A DNA stretch of 33,267 bases. Source: a virus. Its lineage: Duplodnaviria > Caudoviricetes. Numbering within the stretch: position 1 is the stretch's first letter; each line of letters opens with the position of its first letter. A program made the translations under genes and the position numbers. Shown here piece by piece: positions 25,455-33,267 of this stretch. Location: the IMG/VR virus record IMGVR_UViG_3300037045_000061, positions 1-33,267 of that record; one strand, 5' to 3'. Under the pieces are notes generated by a model, which worked only from the letters and a program-made list of their open reading frames with translations, had not been told where the DNA came from and ran no database searches.

Positions 25455-25531
25455 AATATTCTAACTATTTGATTTAACCACTATTTAACCACTGGGTTTT
25501 TAATGCAGATAAATCGGGCTATATATTTATA

Positions 25532-26656
25532 CTATTTCATCAGGTCATCCAATTTGCCGATGGCCTTTTTCTTTTGCTCTGTATCGATATGCGTATAAAT
25601 CTTTGCAGTAGTGTTTATGTCCGAGTGACCCATCAGGACGGCAGCTGTTTTGATTTGTACGCCTTGCTCTGCCAGAAGCGTACAGAAGGTATGTCTCAGT
25701 CCGTGAAAATTAATCGCATTAATCCCAACGCTTTCTTGATATTTTTTCCATCTAACAGTCAAATGGTCATTGCGTAGAGATGTGCAGGTGTTTGATGTAA
25801 ACAACAAGTTGTTCTCAGAGAAATTCACTCCTTGTCTTTGATGCTTTTTCTTTTCTTTTTCCATATGTTCTTTTAAAGACTCCACTAGACTTCCAACTAG
25901 AGGGATTTGTCTGATGCTTTCAGGTGTTTTAGGGCTGCTGATGACTACCTGGTACTTCTTGCCTATTTTAACCTTGTTCAGGCTTTTATTAACATCAATC
26001 ACATTGTTTTCTAAGTCGATATCCTTATGTGTCAGCGCGAGGATCTCTCCTTGTCTCATTCCTGTAAACATCGCAAAAACATAGATAAATAGTTTTTCAT
26101 CTGCTTTGAAATCATCCAGCAGCTTTGTTCTATCAGATAAAGTCAATGATTCCTTTTTTTCAACTTTTTTATGAACTGGACGTGAAACGCTAGCCATTAC
26201 ATTTCTGATAACCGATCCACCTTTCAAACAATACTTATAGAATGCACCAAGCAACATATACACCCGGAGGGCTGTGTAATTGCTTTTTAGACCATTCAAA
26301 TGGTTTTGTATGTCATCGCTCTTGATAGATGCAAACCTGTTATAGTAAAAATCAGCAGTCTGAATGTGCAGTTTGTTGAGCAGTTCATATCGATTAATGG
26401 TTGATTGCTTTAAGTTAGGACTTAATACATTCTTAAACCAGTTTTCATACACGGTATTAAAAGGATCCTTGTCGTAATCAACTGACAATCCTCTCTTGAT
26501 GCCATCTAGGTATTCATCTCTTTTATCTTCAGCTGCTGTTTTGCTGTCGCCGTAAAATGGTTTAATAATACTATTGCCATTTTTATCTACACCAATCTTA
26601 GCTCGCACTCTATAGTATTTCTTGTCATTGATTATTACGTTTGTCTTTTTGGCCAT
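25532..26656 (-). CDS. int: Phage integrase (tyrosine recombinase)
   Basis: N-terminal arm-binding region; TGMRQGE, PKT, FHGLRHT, MGHS...IYTH catalytic motifs; adjacent attP. Confidence 0.96.
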   Translation of the reverse strand: MAKKTNVIINDKKYYRVRAKIGVDKNGNSIIKPFYGDSKTAAEDKRDEYLDGIKRGLSVDYDKDPFNTVYENWFKNVLSPNLKQSTINRYELLNKLHIQTADFYYNRFASIKSDDIQNHLNGLKSNYTALRVYMLLGAFYKYCLKGGSVIRNVMASVSRPVHKKVEKKESLTLSDRTKLLDDFKADEKLFIYVFAMFTGMRQGEILALTHKDIDLENNVIDVNKSLNKVKIGKKYQVVISSPKTPESIRQIPLVGSLVESLKEHMEKEKKKHQRQGVNFSENNLLFTSNTCTSLRNDHLTVRWKKYQESVGINAINFHGLRHTFCTLLAEQGVQIKTAAVLMGHSDINTTAKIYTHIDTEQKKKAIGKLDDLMK

Positions 26657-26686
26657 AAAATGGCACCTCTTTTCATTTCAAATAAT

Positions 26687-27148
26687 TCATTCAAATCTCA
26701 ATTGTTCTCTAATTATTTTAGAACTCGGATATGTTTTGGCAATAAAGCTTTCAACCTCATCATAGGTGTTAAATAATAGGCTTTGTTGGGCATCTTTGTA
26801 GTTAAATAAGCCTGTTTGGCTACACTTCCTAATACTATACGTTTTATCAGCAATCGAAGATTTTGTTTTTTTGCTTTTGTATTTTATAGTCTTTCTTTCT
26901 AATGGGATAAAGTGATATCTTTTAACCTCGATGTTATTGTCTAGAATCACAAATAAAGCATTGTCCTTTATATATGCGATATCATAATCCTCAACTTTTG
27001 AAATTTCAAGTGAAAACCAACAATCGCTGTTGGTTTCATGATAATCAAGAAGTCTCTCTGGACAAGTAAAACCGGTCAATTCAATCAAGTCATTTTTCAC
27101 ATTCAGAATACAACTATCCATTTCTTCAATTCTTTCCTGTAAACTCAT
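26687..27148 (-). CDS. Hypothetical protein in the lysogeny operon
   Basis: Co-oriented between the exonuclease and int; GGGGGA RBS before ATG 27148 (alternative start 27160). Confidence 0.65.
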   Translation of the reverse strand: MSLQERIEEMDSCILNVKNDLIELTGFTCPERLLDYHETNSDCWFSLEISKVEDYDIAYIKDNALFVILDNNIEVKRYHFIPLERKTIKYKSKKTKSSIADKTYSIRKCSQTGLFNYKDAQQSLLFNTYDEVESFIAKTYPSSKIIREQLRFE

Positions 27149-27159
27149 ACTATCCCCCA

Positions 27160-28140
27160 TTATACATCGATATCCAACATTGCAATAAATTGATCCTCGG
27201 TTAGAATTGTGATATTTTTACCTTTTTCCAATAGAGCATAAGCTTTTTCCTCGGAAGAACTCAATCCGTCCTCTCCTACTAATCTTTTATCCTGCCAACC
27301 AACAACCAAATAATCTGTGTTTCCAGAAACACTTGTTCTCAATTTACCACCCAGATTAACCACGTGCTGCATAGCATCCTCACGTTCAAAATTTGCTAAT
27401 CTTCCAGTAAAAACAAAACATTTTCCACAAAAAGGATGACTGGTATCGAAGCAATCCACTGTAGGCTTAACACTTTTTATATCAACTCTTTCAATAGTTG
27501 AATATAGTGGAACTTGTTTACTTTTTTTTGAAGTACCAAAATATCTGACACATTTTGCGCTTTCATAATTTTCAATATTTAATTCAGAAAAAGCATAAAG
27601 GTAACTGTCAAAAGTTGAGAAATTAAGCTTGTTTATAGTTTCAATCACCAGATTAGCACAAGCTATAGCATCATCCAATGAGTTATGATGATTATCTATA
27701 TTGATTCCTAAATATGCTGCGCGAGCCTTAAGAGATTTGCTTATTCCCTCACATACACAATTTGATATAGGTATGCTGCACATGTAAAAGAAATCTGGAA
27801 TTTTCAAATCATAAACAATATCCATACTCTTCAGAACACTCATGTCGAAACTTGCATTATGAGCAATAACAATGTTATTGTCAAAATAATGGTTTATTCC
27901 AGCCCAAATCTCCGGAAACTTAGGTTGATCCTTTACCATGTCTGGCGTTATACCGTGTATACCAATGTTTATTTCTCCAAATTCTAAAGATGGTGGTTGT
28001 ATCAAAAAATACTTTTCGTCTACAATTTTCTTGTCTTTAACAAACACCATACCCATAGAACAAGCACTACTGTTATCATAATTAGCTGTTTCAAAATCTA
28101 AAGTTATGAAGTCAAAAGAATAATCAAGCATGTCTTTCAT
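27160..28140 (-). CDS. DEDDh 3'-5' exonuclease (DnaQ-like) with C-terminal BRCT domain
   Basis: LDFETAN, IHGIT, AHNASFDM, HHNSLDDA motifs; GKCFVFTG...GG...VSGNTDYLVVG...K BRCT. Confidence 0.9.
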   Translation of the reverse strand: MKDMLDYSFDFITLDFETANYDNSSACSMGMVFVKDKKIVDEKYFLIQPPSLEFGEINIGIHGITPDMVKDQPKFPEIWAGINHYFDNNIVIAHNASFDMSVLKSMDIVYDLKIPDFFYMCSIPISNCVCEGISKSLKARAAYLGINIDNHHNSLDDAIACANLVIETINKLNFSTFDSYLYAFSELNIENYESAKCVRYFGTSKKSKQVPLYSTIERVDIKSVKPTVDCFDTSHPFCGKCFVFTGRLANFEREDAMQHVVNLGGKLRTSVSGNTDYLVVGWQDKRLVGEDGLSSSEEKAYALLEKGKNITILTEDQFIAMLDIDV

Positions 28141-28170
28141 AAGAACAATACCCCCTAGTATTATTAATAT

Positions 28171-28614
28171 TTAACTCGTATGCCTTTGCAATCTATACTC
28201 AATAACTGACTCAGACACTTCTAAATTGTCGGCCAATTCTCCCAAGGTTAACCCCTCACACATCAAATCAACCTTATTAACATCAAACATAAGTAGCTCT
28301 GCTGCGAATATATTGGCCTGCCTTTCCCACTTACATCTAGCAATCAAACCATTGTTCAAAAAAACAAAGTTTATGTCAGTGTGAAGTATCGCATGCCCCA
28401 ACTCATGTGCGATCATCGTTTTTCTGTCCCTTTGGTTAACTTCTGGATCAATAAAGATAAACTCATCCCCCAACTGATTTCTATAAAATAGACTGCCTTT
28501 ACTTTTCAATTCTTTGTTAATAATTGAAATTCCTAAGCAGTCACATAAATCGAATATGTCATTTGTCCCATAAAACTCAATTAATCCCGTTACAATATCC
28601 CTAATCCAGCTCAT
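28171..28614 (-). CDS. immA: ImmA/IrrE-family metallopeptidase (anti-repressor)
   Basis: AHELGHAILH and ERQANIFAAELLM; directly downstream of the repressor. Confidence 0.9.
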   Translation of the reverse strand: MSWIRDIVTGLIEFYGTNDIFDLCDCLGISIINKELKSKGSLFYRNQLGDEFIFIDPEVNQRDRKTMIAHELGHAILHTDINFVFLNNGLIARCKWERQANIFAAELLMFDVNKVDLMCEGLTLGELADNLEVSESVIEYRLQRHTS

Positions 28615-28621
28615 ATGCTAT

Positions 28622-29050
28622 TTATTCCCCCTTGTTTTGCTTGTGCTTTTCCAAAGATATTTTCAAGCCGAATAACATGTTTTCAGCAATATCCATAATT
28701 TCCTCCTCACTCATTTTACTAATACCATAAGTCATAAAAGCTGGTTGCTTCAAGATGAATCTTAAAGCTTCCTCTACGGTATCAAATCTTTCCGGCACAT
28801 CGATATTATCTGTTTTTTCTGCGTCTTTTATTACTTGATCAGATGTCTTTTTTATATTAGAATTTCCTAACAAATAATCTGTTGAAATATTAAAATATTC
28901 AGATAGTTTTAAAATAATATCGTGTGGAGGAAATCTTTCTCCACTTTCATAAAAAGAAATCATTTTAGGCGTAAGGTTTAAATAATTAGCTAATTCTCTT
29001 TGGGTGACATCTTTTTCCGTCCGCAGCTCTTTAATTCTTTTGCTAATCAT
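28622..29050 (-). CDS. XRE-family repressor (CI/ImmR-like)
   Basis: RIKELR...TQRELA...ISFYESGER.P...STDYLLG; divergent from cro. Confidence 0.9.
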   Translation of the reverse strand: MISKRIKELRTEKDVTQRELANYLNLTPKMISFYESGERFPPHDIILKLSEYFNISTDYLLGNSNIKKTSDQVIKDAEKTDNIDVPERFDTVEEALRFILKQPAFMTYGISKMSEEEIMDIAENMLFGLKISLEKHKQNKGE

Positions 29051-29072
29051 CTCGGTTTTACCTCCTTATTAT

Positions 29073-29385
29073 GAACATAAAGTTCTAACACAATAATACA
29101 ATAAAATTTGTCAAAAAGCTATTGACTTTGTACTAATGGTACTGTACTATTAGTACACAAGATAAATTACAGGAGGAGCAAATGAATAATTTAAAACACT
29201 ATCGGCTTAAAAAAGGCATTTCTCAGGAAGAATTAGCAATTGAAATAGGTGTAACTCAAAGACATATAGCATTTATAGAATCAGGAAACAGAACTCCATC
29301 TTTGAAAATAGCCCTAAAAATTGCTAATTTTTTTGACATCAAAATCGAAGATATTTTTTTACCTATGAAGTGTACTAAAAGTACA
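29073..29385. promoter_or_regulatory. Repressor operators GTAC-N5-GTAC
   Basis: GTACTAATGGTAC (29130), GTACTATTAGTAC (29144), GTACTAAAAGTAC (29372), variant GAACATAAAGTTC (29073). Confidence 0.65.
29122..29150 (+). promoter_or_regulatory. Early lytic promoter
   Basis: TTGACT-17 nt-TACTAT. Confidence 0.75.
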
Positions 29386-29391
29386 CAATAA
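29182..29391 (+). CDS. Cro-like XRE regulator
   Basis: NLKHYR...SQEELA...IESG.RTPSLKIALKIA.FF...IEDIF. Confidence 0.9.
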   Translation: MNNLKHYRLKKGISQEELAIEIGVTQRHIAFIESGNRTPSLKIALKIANFFDIKIEDIFLPMKCTKSTQ

Positions 29392-29409
29392 AATATAAGG
29401 AGGCATATC

Positions 29410-29640
29410 ATGAGTATCAAATGGGTGACAATACCCCAGTACCAAAAAATGACAAACCTAGGCAGGCCAAACATCAATAAGCTGATTGATGATGGAGATC
29501 TGGTTGCCACCAGAACAGAAGGTGGTCAGGTAAGAATCAAGGTTGAAGAGCAGAAGGAGTTGGAAGACTTAAGAATGGAGCTGCAAGAGCAGAAAAGACT
29601 ACTAAAAAGCTTATGTACGCATTTGGGGGTGAATCGATGA
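29410..29640 (+). CDS. Excisionase-like HTH protein
   Basis: WVTIPQY..MTNLGR...LI..G.L.A...GGQVRI winged-helix pattern. Confidence 0.6.
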   Translation: MSIKWVTIPQYQKMTNLGRPNINKLIDDGDLVATRTEGGQVRIKVEEQKELEDLRMELQEQKRLLKSLCTHLGVNR

Positions 29641-29825
29641 AAGGCAAGTGGAAGGTAACATCAAACCCTATCGGAGATAAAACCTTTTATAGGGCTTATA
29701 GGATTATTGACACATCGCAGGTGGACCATTCTGGTAATCGTGAGTATTCAGGGGATTACACAGAAAACAAGGAAGAGGCATCGGCTATTGCTGAGAGATT
29801 AAATGAAGAGGAGATAAATAAATGA
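29637..29825 (+). CDS. Hypothetical phage protein
   Basis: GGGGGTG RBS; ATGA overlap; WKVTSN...VDHSGNREY. Confidence 0.65.
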   Translation: MKGKWKVTSNPIGDKTFYRAYRIIDTSQVDHSGNREYSGDYTENKEEASAIAERLNEEEINK

Positions 29826-29965
29826 AAATTGAAAAAATCACTATCGAAATCAACAAAGCTAACCTTGACTCATTAGACGGGATACTTCAAAAGATTAAAG
29901 ATGCAGAAATGAAATTTCACGCAGTCCACGGATCTGCTGTAGTTGTTGATGTGGTTATTAAATAA
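29822..29965 (+). CDS. Small hypothetical protein (47 aa, MKIEKITIEINK...)
   Basis: GAGGAG RBS; overlaps the upstream stop; fills the gap. Confidence 0.6.
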   Translation: MKIEKITIEINKANLDSLDGILQKIKDAEMKFHAVHGSAVVVDVVIK

Positions 29966-29979
29966 AGGAGGTCCATATT

Positions 29980-30267
29980 ATGGCCATTAAATGGTTAAGA
30001 ATTCCTAAATATCAAAAGAAGAAACTTCTAACAAAACTCAAAAACTATTATTTCACCTTTGGAACAAGCAAGTTTTATCCATATGAAAGAGGCTTTCTGA
30101 TTGTCCAAGCGACTGACATGAAAGCAGCCATCAAGAAATTCAATCTTAAGCATCCACCGATCCGGGGAGAAATCATCAATTGTAGTGATTATTACGAGGA
30201 AGACCAGTTTAAAAGATATTTCGGTGATGAGAACCTTGGTGCCGGATGTCACGAGGTGATCCAATGA
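29980..30267 (+). CDS. Hypothetical phage protein
   Basis: AAGGAGG RBS; YYFTFG...GCHE. Confidence 0.7.
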   Translation: MAIKWLRIPKYQKKKLLTKLKNYYFTFGTSKFYPYERGFLIVQATDMKAAIKKFNLKHPPIRGEIINCSDYYEEDQFKRYFGDENLGAGCHEVIQ

Positions 30268-30935
30268 AGCTGTTTAAGTTAATCAGATGGAAGCTGGTGC
30301 TCCTGATATACGTGATGGTGGCATACAGCATAATTCTTACCAGTTCAGGAGGTTATGATGCCAAGGCCTACGAAAATGAAACGAGTGGAGAGAAATTTGA
30401 ACAATATAGTAGATCAGATAGTAGCCCTGGAAGAGGACTTGATTCAGAAGGAACACCATACGACATATTTGAGAAATACTTTGCGGACATTGAGAATGGA
30501 AAACATGAATCTTCAGCAGGAAAAAGCATCATTAAAACTGGATATGGAAGAACGGATTTTAACGATGCAAGTGTCATTCGGAACGATTATAGCCCTGCAG
30601 GCGATTTTATTATTACTGCTTATACTCTAAGAGAGGAAGAGTGTGGAAAAGCCCAGGATCATCCATTATATGGTCAGCCAGCTATCAGTGGAAGCAAGTA
30701 TGCCAACTTTGAAACAGTGCATGTTAAGGCAAATTATACAATAGCTGCAGACTGGGATGTGCTGATGCCCGGCACAGCTATTATGATTGAAGGACTGCCT
30801 TATATCTACGTTGTAGAAGACAAGGGTGGTGCTATAAAGGGCAACAGACTGGATATCTACATGACGGATCTGGATGATGCTTTAGAGTGGGGAGTGCAGG
30901 AGAGAAAGGTTTGGATCATAGGAGAATGGAGGTAA
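30264..30935 (+). CDS. Membrane-anchored 3D-domain protein (MltA-like lytic transglycosylase domain)
   Basis: N-terminal TM; ITAY...TIAAD..V...GT.I.IEG....VVEDKGGAIKGNRLDIY. Confidence 0.85.
   Translation: MKLFKLIRWKLVLLIYVMVAYSIILTSSGGYDAKAYENETSGEKFEQYSRSDSSPGRGLDSEGTPYDIFEKYFADIENGKHESSAGKSIIKTGYGRTDFNDASVIRNDYSPAGDFIITAYTLREEECGKAQDHPLYGQPAISGSKYANFETVHVKANYTIAADWDVLMPGTAIMIEGLPYIYVVEDKGGAIKGNRLDIYMTDLDDALEWGVQERKVWIIGEWR
30358..30630 (+). CDS. Putative nested (+1 frame) coiled-coil protein with C-terminal TM
   Basis: AGGAGG 5 nt before ATG 30358; heptad-like middle; ends GTIIALQAILLLLIL. Confidence 0.45.
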   Translation: MPRPTKMKRVERNLNNIVDQIVALEEDLIQKEHHTTYLRNTLRTLRMENMNLQQEKASLKLDMEERILTMQVSFGTIIALQAILLLLLIL

Positions 30936-30937
30936 AT

Positions 30938-31102
30938 ATGTTTCTGGATGCGTATTGTCCGAGTTGTGGCTTCAAGTATTGGTCAATGATTGAACAGTCC
31001 GAGTGTCCAAGGTGCCAACATAAGTACCAGCTTGAAAAAAAGGAAAGACCGACCAGTAACACTGACGGCAAATCGGCTTTGACAAAACACAAAGGAGATT
31101 GA
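30938..31102 (+). CDS. Small zinc-ribbon protein
   Basis: CPSC...CPRC; GGAGGT RBS. Confidence 0.65.
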   Translation: MFLDAYCPSCGFKYWSMIEQSECPRCQHKYQLEKKERPTSNTDGKSALTKHKGD

Positions 31103-31103
31103 T

Positions 31104-31331
31104 ATGAGTTTGAATGAACGGAGAAGGGAATTAAGGGAAGAGATCAAGGAGATTCAACATAGGATTGATGAAATAACAGAATATGATGTGACAGCTACAG
31201 ACGATCCGAAAGAGCAGCTGGTGCTTGGTCAATTTAATGAAGTAGGGGCATTACTAAAAAGCTATTATGAAAATCGATTATTGGAAAAGGAGGGTGTGCT
31301 GAAAAAAATCAGCTTGGAAGGGATCATTTGA
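31104..31331 (+). CDS. Hypothetical coiled-coil protein
   Basis: AAGGAG RBS; operon position. Confidence 0.65.
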   Translation: MSLNERRRELREEIKEIQHRIDEITEYDVTATDDPKEQLVLGQFNEVGALLKSYYENRLLEKEGVLKKISLEGII

Positions 31332-31363
31332 AGAAAAATTGAATAAGTGAGGTGATTTGACTT

Positions 31364-32272
31364 TTGGCCATCAAAAAAGGAATCGATTATTTCTCGATGA
31401 ACACAACATTTGATACAAGTGTCAGATTGTTACTAGCTAGATTTAAAAATTCAGGTCTGGGGATCTGGATGAGGCTTTTACAGGCGCTCTACAGGGAAGA
31501 AGGCTACTTTATGGCTTGGGATGAAGAATCGGCCCTGCTTTTAGCAGAAGAGCTTTCGGAGGATGTAAAAACGCTCAATCAGTTGGTAACGTTCTGTGTT
31601 GATAAGGAAATATTCGACAATAATTTGTACGAAAAGTACAAGATTTTAACTTCACGTCGTATCCAGGAGAACTTCTACAAGGCCGCTTATAGGAGAAAGG
31701 ATATCGATGTAAGGGCTGATTTTGTTATCTATGAACCAATGCGCGCATTATGTAAGCATGATGTGAGCAAAAACACAAAAAATGTTAGCACGATGTCAGC
31801 AAAAACACCAAAAATGTTAACAGAATCGGACAAACTAAATAAAACTAAATTAAATAATAATAATACTATGCATGCCGTGCATGCAGACAAAGATGCTGCT
31901 TCTAAAGATGCATACCCTGAAAAATTTGAAAGCTTTTATAATCTTTATCCAAATGCCAAAGAAAAGCAAAGGACATTTAAGAACTGGAAGAAGATTGTAA
32001 AGGAATACAGTGAAACTGACATTCTAAATGCAGCTGTCAATTACAAGAAGGATATGCTGATCCTAAAGAGAGACAAGCAATACATGAAAACATCAGCCAA
32101 TTTCTTAGGCAAGGATAATATATTTGTGGATTTTCTAGATGCAAACTACAAGCCGTCCAATTCAGCCAGCGCATCCGGATCTAAAGCTACAAGCAGTAAA
32201 TTTCACAATTTTGACCAACAGTACACGAAGATGTCAGAGGCCGAGCTGGAAGAGATGGCTCGTAAAAATTGA
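31364..32272 (+). CDS. Replication initiator (DUF4373 / Lin1244-like N-terminus)
   Basis: KKGIDYFS...G.G....LL..LYREEGY...LTSRRIQ; C-terminal FE.FY.LYP..K...W...Y.K...FL; internal iterons. Confidence 0.8.
   Translation: MAIKKGIDYFSMNTTFDTSVRLLLARFKNSGLGIWMRLLQALYREEGYFMAWDEESALLLAEELSEDVKTLNQLVTFCVDKEIFDNNLYEKYKILTSRRIQENFYKAAYRRKDIDVRADFVIYEPMRALCKHDVSKNTKNVSTMSAKTPKMLTESDKLNKTKLNNNNTMHAVHADKDAASKDAYPEKFESFYNLYPNAKEKQRTFKNWKKIVKEYSETDILNAAVNYKKDMLILKRDKQYMKTSANFLGKDNIFVDFLDANYKPSNSASASGSKATSSKFHNFDQQYTKMSEAELEEMARKN
31750..31867. other. Probable replication origin: phased iterons plus AT-rich tract
   Basis: ATGTNAGCA-like units at 31750, 31761, 31782, 31793, 31814 (spacing 11/21/11/21), then AAACTAAATAAAACTAAATTAAATAATAATAAT. 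Confidence 0.65.
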
Positions 32273-32281
32273 GAGGAGAAG

Positions 32282-32626
32282 ATGATGGATAGAACAAAGC
32301 TGAAATTATACAGATCGTTGATGCCTGGTGAATGTAATTCGAAGTCAAGGGAAAAGCTGACAAAGGAGATTGGAATTAGCGACAGGGCATTAAGAAATTA
32401 CATAGCAGCACTGAGGAGAGATGGCATCCCAGTCTGCAGCAATTCTAAAAACCCAGGCTACTATATAGCCAATACCGATGAAGAAGTAACACATTTTATC
32501 AATGAAAACCACAAGAAGGCTATGGTCATGCTGCACATCAACAAGAAGGTGAAGGAAGGTTTTGGAAAGACCGGGTATTATTATAATCTTGAAGATTTGG
32601 TGAAATCATCAAACAGTGGGAGATAA
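32282..32626 (+). CDS. Winged-HTH DNA-binding protein
   Basis: SREKL...GISDR.LR..I..LRR.G.P.CS....GYY.A...E. Confidence 0.75.
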   Translation: MMDRTKLKLYRSLMPGECNSKSREKLTKEIGISDRALRNYIAALRRDGIPVCSNSKNPGYYIANTDEEVTHFINENHKKAMVMLHINKKVKEGFGKTGYYYNLEDLVKSSNSGR

Positions 32627-32629
32627 TTT

Positions 32630-33267
32630 ATGATTAAAATGATTGATATAAAAAAGATCCATCCGCATTATCAGAACCCAAGAAGCAATCTGGGAGATCT
32701 GTTGGAATTGGCTGAAAGCATCAAGAAAAATGGAGTACTGCAGAACCTTACCGTTGTGCCCTGGTTTTCAAGCATTACCGGAGTTGGCGCAGACGATCCA
32801 AAGCAACAAGAAAAAATGGGATATGTTGTGGTAATCGGGCACAGAAGACTCGCAGCCGCCAAACTTGCCGGGCTAAAAGAAGTGCCTTGTGTGATTTCTG
32901 ACATGGACCGAAAGACGCAGCTTGGCACCATGCTTCTGGAAAACATGCAGCGTAATGACCTGACTGTCTATGAACAAGCACAAGGCTTTCAAATGATGAT
33001 GGACCTTGGCGAAACCGTTAGTAATATTTCAGAAACAACAGGATTCTCAGAGACTACTGTCAGAAGAAGAGTCAATCTTCTGAAGCTGGATAAGGAAAAA
33101 TTCAAAGCAGCTGCTGATCGGGGCGCTTCAATCATGGACTATGCCGATCTTGAAAAAATCGAAAATATAAAACTAAGAAACAGTGTTTTGGAAAAGATTG
33201 GAACACCAAACTTCAGATATGAGCTTAAGTCTGCAATAGAGAAAGAAGCCAATGCAAGATTGATGGA
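32630..33267 (+). CDS. parB: ParB/Spo0J-like protein, N-terminal part (continues at 128-815)
   Basis: NPR...ELAESIK..GVLQNL.V...IGHRRLAAAKLAGL.EVPC...ENMQR.DL...EQA; missing from the ORF track because it runs off the end. Confidence 0.88.
   Translation, partial: MIKMIDIKKIHPHYQNPRSNLGDLLELAESIKKNGVLQNLTVVPWFSSITGVGADDPKQQEKMGYVVVIGHRRLAAAKLAGLKEVPCVISDMDRKTQLGTMLLENMQRNDLTVYEQAQGFQMMMDLGETVSNISETTGFSETTVRRRVNLLKLDKEKFKAAADRGASIMDYADLEKIENIKLRNSVLEKIGTPNFRYELKSAIEKEANARLM
33141..33267. repeat. Terminal direct repeat (copy at 1-127)
   Basis: Exact copy of bases 1-127. Confidence 0.95.

Larger units (their letters stand above)
25270..25493. other. attP region: integrase arm-type repeats flanking the core
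   Basis: TTAACCACT tandem pairs at 25270/25281 and 25474/25485, next to the 3' end of the integrase. Confidence 0.75.
1..33267. mobile_element. Complete temperate siphovirus genome (excised/circular form), about 33,140 bp unique
   Basis: Full set of packaging, head, tail, lysis, lysogeny and replication modules; identical 127-bp ends; intact attP-like site between the lysis genes and the integrase. Confidence 0.95.

Noticed and set aside
29073-29085. LexA (Cheo) box
   Set aside because: Spacing is GAAC-N5-GTTC rather than N4; it fits the phage GTAC-N5-GTAC operator family better

Overview
This window is an apparently complete, circularly permuted temperate siphovirus genome of about 33,140 bp; bases 1-127 are identical to 33141-33267. 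Gene content and the sigma-A promoter and GGAGG RBS style point to a low-GC Bacillota host, probably Clostridia (inference). Modules in order: early/replication genes (ParB-like gene split across the ends, HNH, amber-interrupted ASCH-like gene, SSB, RinA/ArpU-like activator); a HEPN-like moron plus a short tyrosine recombinase with two dif-like sites; cos-type packaging (HNH, TerS, TerL); HK97-type head genes, including a HAD-phosphatase fused to the ClpP-type protease and a capsid with a cadherin-like tail; a non-contractile tail with a chaperone -1 frameshift and a 7x138-bp beta-propeller receptor-binding protein; lysis (two holins, amidase, an antisense membrane moron); attP resembling a tmRNA/tRNA 3' end; and lysogeny (integrase, exonuclease-BRCT, ImmA, repressor, Cro). 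The most interesting unannotated region is 24770-25210. It holds a 22-aa hydrophobic peptide with its own promoter and a structured 3' UTR, followed on the same strand by a separately promoted, roughly 155-nt structured RNA whose 5' end is complementary to the peptide's RBS, start codon and coding region. This is a candidate type I toxin-antitoxin system with an unusual tandem layout. Other leads are an overprinted coiled-coil/TM gene inside a 3D-domain gene, the mosaic hypervariable propeller, the HAD-ClpP fusion and the dif-like sites. All calls were made by eye, with no database searches.
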